NCBI GenBank assembly: GCA_010093815.1 | Contig: ML996591.1 | Length of the DNA: 64,000 bases | Direction: 5' to 3' (one strand) | From: Pseudovirgaria hyperparasitica | Lineage: Eukaryota | Part shown: piece by piece, positions 36,236 through 49,469 of the stretch | Position numbering within the stretch: the first letter of the stretch is position 1 | How the letters are laid out: each line of letters begins with the position of its first letter | Made by a program: the position numbers and the translations under genes | Notes under the pieces: generated by a model | The model's database searches: none | Told to the model about the DNA's origin: nothing | Seen by the model: only the letters and a program-made list of their open reading frames with translations

Positions 36236-38275
36236 CTAGCAGACCTCAAACCCTCGCAACCTAGATCTTTTGCCAACTTTGCCGACGCTCTCTACTCGGA
36301 AACCCATGTCTTCCAGGCCCTGTGCATCAAGAACACCACGTGCATCAAACACCCACCTGGGCATTTTCATGCCACGGCCAACTTCCTCCCACTTGAGGTT
36401 CTCACCAGGATAGCTCTTAAGTGCGCCAGGTGCCTTGTTACATTTGGTGCACTCTATATTACATTGAGGCTGGGAGCGAAATAGGGTCTGCTGCGCATTG
36501 AGGTCCCAGTCCTCCGGTAGGACTTGTACCTGGGCCAGACGGGCCAAAGCAGTGTGCACATAGCTCTCGACGGCTGCTGCAGAGCTGTCAGCCTGCGAGA
36601 GTGGTGGGTACCTGAATTGATCCCAATCCGTAAGTATGAGTACGGCGGAGGAGCCTGTGCACGCCGTATATGGGTCTGCGTGAACATTGATGGGCCCTTC
36701 TGGGGCAATGATGCCGCTTCCAGCTGCACCAAATAAGGCTTGAAGTTCTGTACATATGTCGGCAGGTGTACATCCAGGATCGTAGATAGCAATCTCCGCG
36801 GGTCTTTCCCGAAGTAGATGTTCAATGACCGAGATCGATTGTGATTCTCGAGTATCGGACGTATCTTTTTTGAAAGCATAGCCAAGTATAGCCAGCTTCT
36901 TACCGGTTAACGAACCATTGAGTGACTTGATGACTGTGACACAGGTAAGCTGATGCAGTGCCTCTCATCTTAGCGGGCGTTTACCTCGTTTGACCAAGCG
37001 TTCACATTGCCAAACATTGATATCCACGACAGACTTCCAGTATGCAGCCACCTCTGGCAGGTCAAGTGACTCAGCAAGGTATGACAAGCTTAGGATGTCT
37101 TTCTTGAAACACGATCCACCAAAACCCAAACCTGCGTGGAGGAATTTAGCACCAATGCGGTGATCCATTCCAATGGCACTAGCAATATCCGAGACGTCTG
37201 CCCCTGTCTTCTCGCATATCGCACTGACGGTATTGATGCTGCTAATCCTCTGTGCTAGCATGGCGTTCGCCACGAGCTTGGCAAGCTCTGATGACCAAAG
37301 GTGAACATTAAGGATCGACGCCTCGGGAACCCACGCATTATAGACTAGAGCTAGTCTGGCAGCGGCAGTAAGACCAGACGAGGTGTTACTTGAGCCTATC
37401 AGGACTCTTGATGGGTGTAGTAGGTCAGAGATAGCTGTACCCTCGGCGAGGAACTCCGGATTGGACAGAATCTCAAATGGTACCCCTGGGCGGTGGATAT
37501 CAAGCTTCAAATTTTATTAATGGCATGGTCAGAGGGCGAATTTGGGTTGCTTACAATATCTCTGATGACTTGGGCAGTCCTGCAAGGAACGGTACTCTTC
37601 TCAACAATGATGGCACCGGGTTTGGCTACCACAGCAATGGATCTCATAGCTGATTCAAAGATCGAAATATTGGTTGCTGCCCCAGCCCCCACACCGACCA
37701 ATTTCGTTGGCGTATTGACACTCAGGAAAATGATGTCCGCTTCACCAATTGGTTGTTCGCAGTCCGTAGAAAAGAAGAGATTTGGTGTACGCTCAGGAAA
37801 AGCCACACTTTCCTTGGCACTGCCACGTGCAAGGATTGTGGCATTTGTACCATCTCGCGCAACTCGTACAATGTCGTCCAATCCTGGTTCATGGATTGGT
37901 AAATGCTTAGACTGCCATCTGCTTATTCTTGAACTGTCCCTGTCGACCACGGTAACTTGAATTTGTGGATTGGAAAATGCCAGAACTGCAGCCGTTGGCC
38001 CACCTACATTCATAGTTAGTATTGTCATATGTGAGCTGAACTGTCTACTAACCTACGTATCCAGCACCAACAAAGCATATCTTGGTGACAGGGTCAAAAT
38101 CTGCCGCCCGAGCTCGAATTGGCCCACCAGATTCCGTCGATATTTTGGGTGACGCATTGTCGTCAGAGCCAGAGATCGATGTTGAGCTCGAAGTACGAGA
38201 CAAAGTAGGAGAGATCGAAGGCGACGCAGTCCCTGACTGTGAACAAGGTGTGGATGTACTGGACAAAGCGGACAT
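36236..38275 (-). CDS. UGD1: UDP-glucose 6-dehydrogenase
   Basis: [69 protein letters not shown], catalytic [10 protein letters not shown] and [15 protein letters not shown]. Three introns (38004-38052, about 37505-37554, about 36934-36984). Confidence 0.93.
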
Positions 38276-39996
38276 TTTGCCAGAATCTGACACAGGACCT
38301 GTAAGTACAATAAGAACAAAGTCCCTGTGATTGAACGATCTAGACAAAGGATATGCTGATTCAATTCCCAGGAGAAAGAAAGATTCGGAGCACTTCTTTA
38401 AATCTTGTAGGAGAATACAGTGCGCGGAGTCACCATTTGGATGAGCGTCTTGAGCGCTGTCACAAGCTATATGCCGCGAGATTGTACAAAGTCGAGCAGT
38501 GGCACCTAGTCTAGGCCACGCTCTATGGCTTTGTGGCAGAGGCGCCCGAGGCGGGATCACAAAGCGCAGAGTGATTCTCGCTTGGGCTGAGATGCTACAG
38601 ACTTACAGTGGCGAAAGCAATAGACTTCCAGTATACGTTGTAAAATGCTAGTCCTAGTGTTCCAATATGCAGTCTAGCGGACAGGGGCACCAAAGCCTCG
38701 CGAGAGCTGTGAGAGCTAATGCCGTTGATAAATCAAGGTATTAAAGCCTTTGAGCCAGGTGAGAGAGATCTGTGCATAGAGAAAGGAATTATATGCGGGC
38801 CAAGAGAGAACGATAAGGGAGTTGTAACATGTGTATTGACGACAAGGAAGGGCCAGAGCCGGTGGGGAAAAGGGAACAGGACAAAAAGTTACTGTTGATC
38901 AGGGTCCCATGCAGTCCGACTAGGTATGAAATGGCACCCTGCAGAAGATCTGCAGTCAATGAATGTCAAGATCGAATCTCGGTGCCGTAAGTAGTCTGAA
39001 CCCGCACACAGACCAGACACGAGAACATTATTCTGCAAGAGCCATTCGGCGTCCATCGCAGCGCCCATGAGGTCGGAAACAAGCCATGCAGCACGATCCC
39101 GAGTCGGAAGACGGTGATACGATGTCCCAGAGACCAATGTCCGTCACTTGAGTACACGGATGGCAGAAAGGCGCCTACTGTGCTCTCGAAGGGCGACAGG
39201 TAGGAAGCTTTGATAGCCTGATGCTCGTTATACGGCATCTAGGTCGGCAGGTCGATTGAGTTGGTACCGAAGCGACGCGTCAGTCGTCTTACTGATTGTA
39301 TTGTAGAGGTCTTTGAAGGTTGTGAATAGACTCGATGAGAGATGATAAGGAGTTGTTGAGATAAATTATAATGGGTCGACAGAAGCTACGTAAGTACTAG
39401 TTCCGATATTCCTGCACTATTCCAATATAGGCAAAGTCTGGATCGAAGCGGTTCTCGGCACGGCCCGCTGAAATATCGCCTATGCGCGTTCACCGTTGCA
39501 AAATCACAATATCACCACCCCTTCAATGATTCACTCTTAGGCGTGCCATGTCGCGTCATCGCCTTTATAGCCATAATAGAGCCACCCATGTTCCCCCTGT
39601 AAACTACCACGTGTGAGTGTTCGTGGAAAGCAAGTATGAAATCCCAGGCTACCGGTTTATCGGTCAATGGCTCGATGCAAGAGGCATCGCAGGTCGCCAC
39701 AATGCCACGCCCTGGGCTGAGCTTAGGCCTATCATTTCATTCGTCCTACCTGAGGAACAGGGTATACTCCCGAAGTGCACAGAAGATACCACGAGAAGCC
39801 TGCATATAGCATCCAGTGGGTTTTGTCGATATGGGGGTTGATATTCCAAGACGTTGCGCAGAAGCTGTGTCTAGGGCCGCCACAACAGCGCTGCAGAGGA
39901 CACTAAAACGACAGAAAAGTTCCGAAAGTCAACAGTGGATAGATCATTGTTGGTACAAAGTCTCGACTTCTCCGACTTCCTCCAACCCGACTGAGA

Positions 39997-42591
39997 ATGG
40001 CCCATCGGTCCCCGCCCGTCCACCGAACAAATATGACTTTCAGTGCGCATCAAGACCATGCGATCGCACATGTGGTAACTCGTCAGGATATCTCCAGGCG
40101 ACTTGCAGCACAGTCTTCAAATGAAGATTCTGGACTTGATGCCAATTTGCTCCAAACTCAACTTCGAGCTACAGAAGAAGGCCAAGGGTTGAAAGACATA
40201 GGCGTTCGGCGACATGCAAGTCTGACATCCAACCCTGTCAGCAACAATAGCAGTACACCTGAGCTAGTCTACGGGATCAGAACACCTTCAGATGATGGCA
40301 GTGTGAGTAATGGACCGTTCGATTCCCACGCGATAAATGCTGACGGCTCACGATCAGACATCACATATCCCTGGTGAATTCCATGCTAGCTTAAGGACTG
40401 GTCTGAGACAAGCACTAGATACACAGGATTCGAAACAGCTCCGAGCGTTTCCTAGGATACGTTACCCAAACGATCTCTCCGGGCGTGCCAGTGCCACGCC
40501 TAGCTATGACTCGCTCCAAATCCGTGTGCCCATATCGGCTTCAGAGCACTATGCGTTTCGCACTGTTAGCATCGTTGAGCGATCTGCATCCGCAAGGACG
40601 ACTCCAGATATCACAGAAGTTTACGAGGAATCGGAATCGGACGATAGATACATCCACCGTCATGTCACACGATCTCGAAGCTTCACCTCCCTCCCACGGC
40701 CCGCCCCTGCCCACCTCAGTCGTAGAAGTTCGTTGCCCGGCCTGACACGTAGTGCGAACGATGTATACACTATGTTCACTATCAAGACTCCGAGTCGGAC
40801 GCTTATTCGACCTTGTGTCGGTATACCTTTCTCCAATAAGCACTACCAGCAGGAGTCAGCACACGATGATATCGAAGCTAGTGCAACGGCGAATGCTGTA
40901 GCAGTCGAAAAGCAGGAGGAATATCCTTCTGCTGAAGGGAAGAAGACCACGCCAAACATCTTTCGACGCGCTAGGAATAACTTGATTGCTACGTACGCCC
41001 CTCGAGTGCCACCCCCTTTAATACTACCGAGCGGGCCAACCGACGTAGAGAAAGTCTCATATCTCAAGACGAACCGCCTCTTCTTGTACACGTTTGGATG
41101 TCTTTCTTTTCTCAGCTTGTCAGCTGGTATGTGGTTGTTCGTCGTCTCTTCGATTCCATTCTACTGGTTTGGTCTTATGGTCGTGCTGCTCCAATGCTAT
41201 CTCTTTGTCTCATATGCAGTTTCGATCTGTGGTAAAGATTGGGACTACGAGGCACACAAAAAGACACTAGAAGATCATCCAGTCACTCCAGAGACAGCAC
41301 CGACAGTCGACATTTATCTTCCGTGTTGTAAAGAGCCAATTGAGGTACTCGAAAACACATATAAGCATGTCACAGAGCTCATCTACCCACCCGATAAGCT
41401 GAAAGTGTATGTACTCGATGATGGGGCAGACGAGGCGGTCAAGACCCTAGCAGAGCAGTACGGCTTCACCTATATTCTGAGAGATGATAGACCGCGGCTA
41501 AAGAAAGCTGGGAATTTACGATGGGCTTTTGCTCGGACATCTGGCGACTTCTTCAATATTTATGATGCCGTAAGTAACATGGGATCTTACTAGCACATCA
41601 TTGGACCTCAACTGATATATTCCAGGACTTTTGCCCTCGGCCTGACTTCCTCATGGAGATCATCCCTGAACATATAGCCAATCCACGAGCAGCAATCATC
41701 CAGACACCTCAGTTCTTTCGCATCAAAGACGAGCAGACTTGGGTCGAGCAAGGTGCAGGTGCTGTACAGGAACTCTTCTACCGCGTCATCCAAGTCAATC
41801 GCAACCGCTTCGGTGCATCAATTTGTGTCGGATCCAACGCCGTTTACAGACGCCAAGCCCTCGTTGAAGTCGGCGGTACGGCCGAAATTGGGTTCTCGGA
41901 GGATGTACACACCGGATTCTACGCTTTGACACGCGGATGGCAGGTCAAGTACGTTCCTTTATGCCTGGCCTGTGGTATTTGCCCGGATACGCCGCGTGCA
42001 TTCTTCAGCCAGCAGATGCGATGGTGTATGGGTAGCACGACGCTGCTTACGAACCCAGACTTCTGGACGTCGCCGTTGAGTTTGATGCAGAAGATCTGCT
42101 ATTTGTCAGGTATGATGTACTACAGCGCCATTTCGTTGTCTATCTTCCTGAATCCGCTACCGGGTATCCTCATGATATGGGTACGGCCCGAGTATGTCCG
42201 GTACTACAATCTTGCTTTTGCCGTACCTAGTATTCTGTACTCGCTGCTTGCAATTCGAGTATGGGCAAAGGCATCATACGGACTGAATGTCCAGTTCGTC
42301 ATGATGATTCAGTCCTTTGCATACTTCACCGCTATCAAAGACCGACTATTCGGGAGAGCGTTGGCTTGGGTGCCTAGTGGCGACACCAAGGCTCACAAGA
42401 ATAACAAGTACAGAAATATGCGTATCATGGCGTGGGTGTGGATGTGCAGTGCGAGCGGAGCGCTGATTGCCGGGACGACATATCAAGTGCTGCGTGGCAT
42501 GAAGTGGTATGATTGTTTCCCCGTGTTGTGTTTGACGGCCTTTAACTTCTTTCTGGCGCATCGTTTTCTGCTTTGTCATGGAAAGCTGTGA
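39997..42591 (+). CDS. Processive GT2 glycosyltransferase, cellulose-synthase-like (CelA/BcsA-like)
   Basis: The D,D,D,QxxRW set is present: DIYLPCCKEP, VYVLDDG, KKAGNL, YDADF (split by intron 41570-41625), CVGSNAVYRR, SEDVHTG and QQMRW. There are two TM segments before and several after the catalytic domain. The first intron is 40303-40357, and there is a long Ser/Arg-rich N-terminal extension. Confidence 0.9.
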
Positions 42592-42829
42592 ATATGAGGG
42601 CAGATTTGGGTGGATGGTAAGCATGGTACTGGGTTCGTAGGTGTATGTGGAGAAGTAGGTTTAGTAGGAGTGAGGTGGCTTAATGTGATAGAGGGTGATT
42701 TGTTCTGGGAGGATCATGCGCAATACGAATCGCTTTTAGCCGTTACATGACGTCGGCTATTGATTCCATACGTATACATGTGTACAGACAAAAAAAGTCA
42801 TCCATGAATATGTGAATCGTAATAATACA

Positions 42830-43120
42830 GTATATACCGGTCTTCCGTGTTAGTATATAGTAGTACTTACTCGCTATTATAGACTATAGAGAATATAAAA
42901 TATAGAAGATAGAAGTATAAGAGAGTATTATACTACCGAACTACCTATAATAGACTATTATATAATATATAATAATACTATACTATTGTTTAGGTATAGA
43001 CTAGTAGACTCGTATAAATTTACGAGTAGAATATAGTAACTTAAGTAGAATTATATGTAAAAAATTAGTAGTAAAAGTAGTTATATTAAATACTAATCTA
43101 TACTATCTAAGATATATACT
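42830..43120. repeat. RIP-degraded AT-rich repeat remnant, unclassified
   Basis: Abrupt switch to TpA-rich, CpA/TpG-depleted sequence. Confidence 0.6.
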
Positions 43121-44757
43121 TATAATAATAATAATATTATATAACTAGGTAGAGTAGTACTCTATAGGCCTATGCCTCCTCTAGTCTAAGCTACTATGTA
43201 AGAAGAAACCCCATAGAGAAAAACTTCCTTATATCTATAACTACATCTCGTTAAGCCTCTATTTCGTCTTAAGTATATAGCTATAGGGTACGCCTATTAG
43301 CCTATAGCCTATATTACCGTTATTTTACCCTTAGGTAGCACGTATAGGTGCGGAGGTTATTAGTTAAGGGCTACCCTTAACTAATAATCGGGGTTCTCCC
43401 GGGGTTCTTCTGGTATATATCGGGTTACTACCGGCGTATGCCGGGTCTCTTCCGGTATATATTTCCGGGTCCACTAGAATTAGAGGAGTGGTAGATATAT
43501 AATTATCTACCGGGCGACGTCCTTTAGGAACTTATTAAGCTATCGTACGATATCGGAGGTTCTTATCGTATAGATAAGCTTCTACCTTTACGTGTGAAGA
43601 TCGGGGCATATTACGAGATAGTAGCGTATTATGCCTCTCCGGCCACACGCCTTATACTATAGAGACACGTCGGGGACGCCTCTCTTATAGAGGTAGTATA
43701 GAAGTCCTATAGCGCCCGTTCGGGCTTAGAGGAGTATAGATGCCTAGGCCTTTATAAGCCCTTTATATATCCATTTACTTAGCTCCTTCTATAGTCCTTA
43801 GATCCACTCTAGGTACCTATCCTACTAGAAGGCCCACTAGGCCCGGAGTGTCTCTTTCTACTTATCTTAGATCCACGACCGTATACTTCGTCCGAGCTCT
43901 CGAAGGCTCTATTAGTCTAGAAGGGTATCTAGGTTATCCTTAATCTCTTATACTACTTAGTTCGAGTCTATTTCTATCGGGCACTTATACTATAGTCGAG
44001 TCCGGCCTATATATAAGAGTACTTAGTAGTATACGCTAACTCGCGCGCGTAGCGCGGCGAAGGTATATTCTACTTTTCCTACACGTTCCTATGCTTATTA
44101 TTTAGTAAAGTATACCACTCTCTATATCTAGTAGAAGTTATATATGCTTATAACGTCTGTCTCGCGTCGTAGTAGCACCGTGTTAGTAGCTTTATATACG
44201 CCTAATATAAGACGGAGTATACGGTTCTATATAGATTCGAGCTTTATTCGCCTAGTCTATATAAGGGCCGTATACTAGCACTCGTATCCGTACATGAAGG
44301 CGGGTCGTGCTATAGATATATATAGTTAGCGTGCCTTATCCCGGGCGGTTCCCTATATAGAGGCTGTAATCCGTCGTATAGCGGCTTCTACCTAGAGGGC
44401 CCTAGAAACGGCGTATGCTACCTATAGTCCCCATTTAAGCTTATTATCGATCATGACGCCGAGTGCGCGTATACTTTATATCGGCGGTTCGTTAAAGGCG
44501 TCTATTCTAGGGCGTCGCTCGCCTTCCCTAGTAGCCCATTTCCCACGGCGGTTAATAAAGTACATGAGTTAGTACTTTTCGGGGGCGAACTTTACTCCGT
44601 GGCGCTTTACCCATTAGACGCATCTCCCGTGGTCTTATTTAAGTTATCTATATGTTTGGCTAGTGTTATTATCGATGGCTAGAAGGTATATATCGTCTGC
44701 GTACCCTACTACCTCTATGTGTTACATTCCCTAGAGGAGGTCTACAGTGAAGAAGAG
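43121..44757 (-). mobile_element. Tad-like LINE copy 1, 5'-truncated, RIP-mutated
   Basis: Reverse complement of the 3' 1.6 kb of copies 2 and 3, from the RT GYADD region (GGGTACGCAGACGAT on the minus strand near 44700) to the (TAT)n tail at 43121-43140. Confidence 0.9.
43357..43387. repeat. 31-bp palindrome (3' site of LINE copy 1)
   Basis: TTATTAGTTAAGGG-CTA-CCCTTAACTAATAA, with perfect 14-bp arms. Confidence 0.95.
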
Positions 44758-46201
44758 GCCTCCAGTTCGAAGTCGGATGACTCCTACAGGTTCGACGTGC
44801 CCTATACCATCAGGCCCTACTCCTGTTTTTGCCTTATCTCATCCCCTTTAGGCTTATACCTCCAGCTCTACTAGAAGAGGGGCACGACGCCTCTTCTAGC
44901 TAGGAAACTACGAGGTTTGCTCCTTAAACTCATGTTACTAGCGTGCGTGCCTAGCGACACGTTCTGTCTCTTCATAAATCGACACGCGCATCCGTTCTCT
45001 CGGGCCATATAGTAGTCTCCCCGGCCAGGACGTGATCCCGCCTACTTCTAGGTATACTAAAGGTTAGAGCCCATTAAAGGGGTGAGGTCCTTAGAGCCAG
45101 CAGTTACTACTATATACCACGCCCCGCCTTTAAGCATGGCTACTATCTAGTTTTGCGTTACCCATGAGGATCTCTCTACGATAGGCCGACCGTGTCTTAT
45201 AGGCGAGCATTCTTTAAGTCCTATACGTGTACACTCGCGTGACGCGCCTAGGCGACTTAAGTATCCTCTACCTACTAACCCGACTTATTTCCACTACTTT
45301 TTAATAGGTCTCTATAGCCGCCTCTTGCCTATGTCCGTGTACTATTATCTATGTATACTAGCGCCCTACCTCCCACGGTAGACTATGACATCTCTTATAC
45401 GCGGGAGCCGCTCTATCTATCCTAGACCTAAGCGGTATCCCGTATCGAGCGAAAGGTCTTAATAGAGTCGCGCTACTGGTGGTCGCGCTAGGCGTCTTAA
45501 TAAACGTAGTTTAACACTATAGGAGAGTTAGCCTTAACAAGTTCATCCGCAGTAGTTTGTAGTTGCCCTCGACGTGATTTCTCGCTAATCCTTACGCACC
45601 CAGAGCCATTTAAGCCTCGAGGTGTCCTATCGCGCTACTAGGACTTCCGCTTTCTCTACCCACATGGTAAGGTAGATTCAGGCCTGCTTTTAACACAGCA
45701 GTAGCGCGTTAGGTGGTTTTCTTATCCCGGTATCCTCGTGGACTCCTCTTAACGCGTTAATTAAGAATAGGATGGAAGTATATGCTATCCCAGCTGGTTT
45801 ATTACGGTGTGGTCCCTGTAGAGTAACGCGTCGCGAAAACTCTACAACTACCCACCTAGCGACGACGAGGTCGCCATTAACGCCGCTCCGAACCTCTTGC
45901 TACCTCCGAAGAGGCATTGCCCAGCTACGACGACGTGGACGCGGTTCGTGAGACTTCGCAGCCAGATATATACTTATAGAGATCGACTTTATAAAACAAG
46001 TTAATAGTACTAAATTAATTATATCTAGCTATACTATAACCTTTTATACTTTATTCTTATAGAATATAAAAGATATTATAGATGGATATTTAATAAGAAT
46101 AGATATAAAAAGGACATAGATAGAGCTATATAATCTATCTAAGTTATTTTATTTCGTATTCTTATAAACTATAATTCTCGTCTCCGGCCGTTATTATTAT
46201 T
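44758..46201 (+). other. RIP-mutated gene-like or repeat segment of unknown family ending in a short (TTA)n run
   Basis: Not homologous to the LINE copies. A plus frame reads protein-like with mostly TAA/TAG stops (..FKPRGVLSRY*DFRFLYPHGKVDSGLLLTQQ*RVRWFSYPGILVDSS..). The segment has an AT-rich end and TTATTATTATT at 46191-46201. Confidence 0.4.
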
Positions 46202-46215
46202 CATATTCTCGTTAA

Positions 46216-48598
46216 TTAGGACTTTATGGGCGTGTCGCTTAGTGAGTCAACCTTGCCTGTCCAATAATTGATCCAGTTATAGATCTCACTATAGACCGTT
46301 AGAGCTACCTAGTAACAAAGGATAGGAAGACTTACGTATGCCAAACCAGGCTATTCTCCCGGTCCTGTACCCAGTGATTCTCATTTGGGAAGTTAAGAAA
46401 TCGACTTGGCACGCCCTTCTCCTGTAGCACGTTAAACAATGCGATGCCATCTCCAACAGGTAGTCTGTAGTCTAGATCGCTGTGCACGATGAAGTGTGGC
46501 GTTGAGAAGTTTGCGGCATGGTCGAGCGGATCAAACTTATTATAGTTCTGCATAGCATTAAGCCACGTCCCATTGTTGTCGTGGTTTATGAACCAAATTT
46601 CATCAGTCTGGTACTTGCACTCGCCACAGGCGGTCCCGTCGTGTGTCACGAGTGCCTTGAACTTGCGACCGAAGTCGTGACCTTGGATCCAGTTAGTCAT
46701 AAAGCCACCGTAAGAGGCGCCGGCCCCAATAGCGTTGTCGAAGTCAATATAGTCGTAATTGTCCTTCGCATAGTTATATGCGTTGATAAGATCCTCGTAC
46801 GGGTATGAGCCCCATTCGTTCGTAATGTTGTCGGTAAGCTTCTGGCCGAATGAGGTACTGCCGGTTGGATTAGGGCCAATGAGGACATAGCCCTGGTCAG
46901 CCCATGTTCGCAGGTTCCATCGTGTGCTCCAAGTGTTTCCGGTATAACCCTGCGGGCCACCGTGAATATAGAAAACCAGAGGATATTTCTCATCTGCAGA
47001 GAAGTTGGTCGGCTTGATTAGGACAGAGTGCTGGAGGTCACCTTGGCTGCCAGGGTACCAGAACTCCTCGAAGTCTTCCGGGTGAAGACCTGTGAGACCA
47101 GGATCAACATCATTCGCAGCAAAAAGGATTTCAATATGGGATTCCGGGGTCACGGTGTAGAAGTTACGCGAAGTCCAGACAGCGTTGGAGGAGACGAGTG
47201 CGTTACCATTGGGAAGGACATCGAAGTCGGTGATAGAAGTCTTACGGCTGCCAGTTACGTTCTTTGGTATAAAGCTGGCATCCGAATTGACAGGAATGAT
47301 GAAGAGCTTGGTAGCAGCAATGTAGTCGGCACCAACGTATAGGTGCTGACCATCAGGTCCCCATTTTAGAAGCCCAACACTCAAGTCCCAGTCAGGCGCA
47401 AGGTTCTTTATCTCACCAGAGTTAAGATCAGCTAGGTACAGCTTGATTCGGTCTGACTCATATGAGATACCGTCTTGCTGTCCATAAGCAACGTATCTGC
47501 CATCAGGAGAGAATCGTGGAGAAGATGAAGCACCCTTAGCAGTCTCGGGCGCGGGGCTGCCTGGACCATTGATAGCTTTGGGAGCTGACGAGCCATCGAA
47601 AGGGACCTGGTATATGTAGCTGGCAGTGTAGTTGGCCTTTGGAAGATGAGGAGCCTTGGTGAGGAAGACAACACTTGTGCCGTCAGGGCTGAGATCGAAA
47701 TCACCAGAGTCGCCGAACGGTTGAACAGGAGTCTCGGGGCGAGTGACGTTATACTCGAGGGCACTAATGAGATTCCGAACATCTCCTTTCTGTGCCCACG
47801 TGCCGTTGCTGTTGCCCAGAGTACCGGCAAACACGGCATAGCGCTCATGAGAGATGTATGCATCCCAATGGCGAATGTAGATGCTGTCATAATATCGAGC
47901 GGTACTATAAGGCTCGGTTGCGAGCTCCGAGTTGTAAGCACTGCCGTTGTTCGCATAGGCTAGCGAGGAAGCGATCCAGTTAATGTCGCCATTTTCGGTC
48001 TGCCTGGCCTTAAAGCCAGAGAACGGTGCTGCAAGGCTGGTGATGAAGGAACTTCTAAGGAGTCAGCCAGGACCTGGATAGGAGAGCTCTGTGCTCGATT
48101 CGCGTGGAGACTCACGGAGCAATAATTTCGGCGCCAATGTCGGCGGACCATATGGAGATACCACCAGAGACCTCATCATTCGTTCTGTTTATGTAGATGA
48201 CGCTAGTATCAGTGGGCCCAATCCACAGTACCTCTGAGACTTCACTGCCCCATGGGAGCTCAGAGATGTTTCCTGTGGCAACATGGAGTAAGTTCCAGGT
48301 AGTTGACGGCTCGTGCTCAGCCCAATCGTAGGTGGTAGAGGTGAACACAGCCAATTGCTATATATCTGTCAGGACGAGGAAGCTACCCAGCAGCTCGGTG
48401 GAGAAGGTACAGCAGTAGGATTGACAGTTGCAGCACTCCGGCGAGGAGCAGCAAGCATAAGCCTATAGAAAGAAAGTATGTCAATCAGAATATGAGCAAT
48501 AGTTGAGAGCGATAAACTCACTCGGGAGTGATGGCTCTTGCAAAGGGCAGGAGGGCCGCCACAAGGGCAGAGATAACTTTAGTCGGTGGGGACATCAT
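46216..48598 (-). CDS. DPP5: Secreted dipeptidyl-peptidase V (peptidase S9)
   Basis: Signal peptide MMSPPTKVISALVAALLPFARA-ITPE, IYIRHWD, PFGDSGDFDLSPDG and IHGGPQG. Catalytic Ser (GASYGG), Asp (DLDYRL) and His (NENHW) are present. Four introns, and the last exon ends EIYNWINYWTGKVDSLSDTPIKS*. Confidence 0.93.
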
Positions 48599-49469
48599 GG
48601 CTTATTGCTAACGGTAGCCTTCCACTTGTGAAGACTCGACGAATGCGGGACAGACAGCATATTTCCAATTCATGCTCTGCCGTTCCAAGGTATGCTTTAT
48701 AGCGGTCGGTCGACCACGACGGGATCTCGTAGCCGACCGTGGCGTCGACCTCGGGAAGGAATATCCATAGAGAAGGTCGTCCTCTAAGGTAACTTATCTT
48801 GATGGATTAATGCAGGGCCAGTCTAGGTACATCTACCTATCACCCAATCGCCTCCCACGTACGGCACTCGCTTCTACTACCCAGGGACCTGCCTAGCTAG
48901 GTAGGTAAGCACTGGGTAGCTTTCATGGTATACTATCAGGTAGCTATCATCCTAACGTCATGGAGGAGTTAGCTAAGATTACATGTAAGAAGTTAGATCT
49001 ACGTTAATAGATCTAAGAGTAGATATTATATAGGAAGAATATATTATTTCTTCTAAAGAATAGTATAAATTAATTGTTTCTAGTAGCTTACTTTATAATT
49101 TAATCTAAACTTTAACCTTTAATACTAATATTTATTAGATAAGATTTCTAAGATTAATAAATATTAAAATTAATAATAGAGAATCTATTTATTTATATAG
49201 TATTATATAAAAAACTTCTTTATACTCTAAGAGATAAAACTTCTTATACTCTAACGGACTAAACTAGTTAATTCGGGGTAAAACAGCGATTTACATACAT
49301 TAAACGATAGAGTACACCGAGTATAACAATCTCCGACATACATATATACGTATAGCGTATAATATACGACGATACTAATATATAGAGATACTATATATAT
49401 ACGCTTAAAGACTCTTTAATAATATAAGTATAGACTATATCTAATAAATACTAACACGCCGACCCCCTT

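Noticed and set aside
42805..46210. Possible terminal inverted repeats around the first repeat block (GAATATGTGAAT..AATAATA versus TATTATTATTCATATTC)
   Set aside because: The match is short, gapped and AT-rich, with no TSD. This is not enough to call a DNA transposon.
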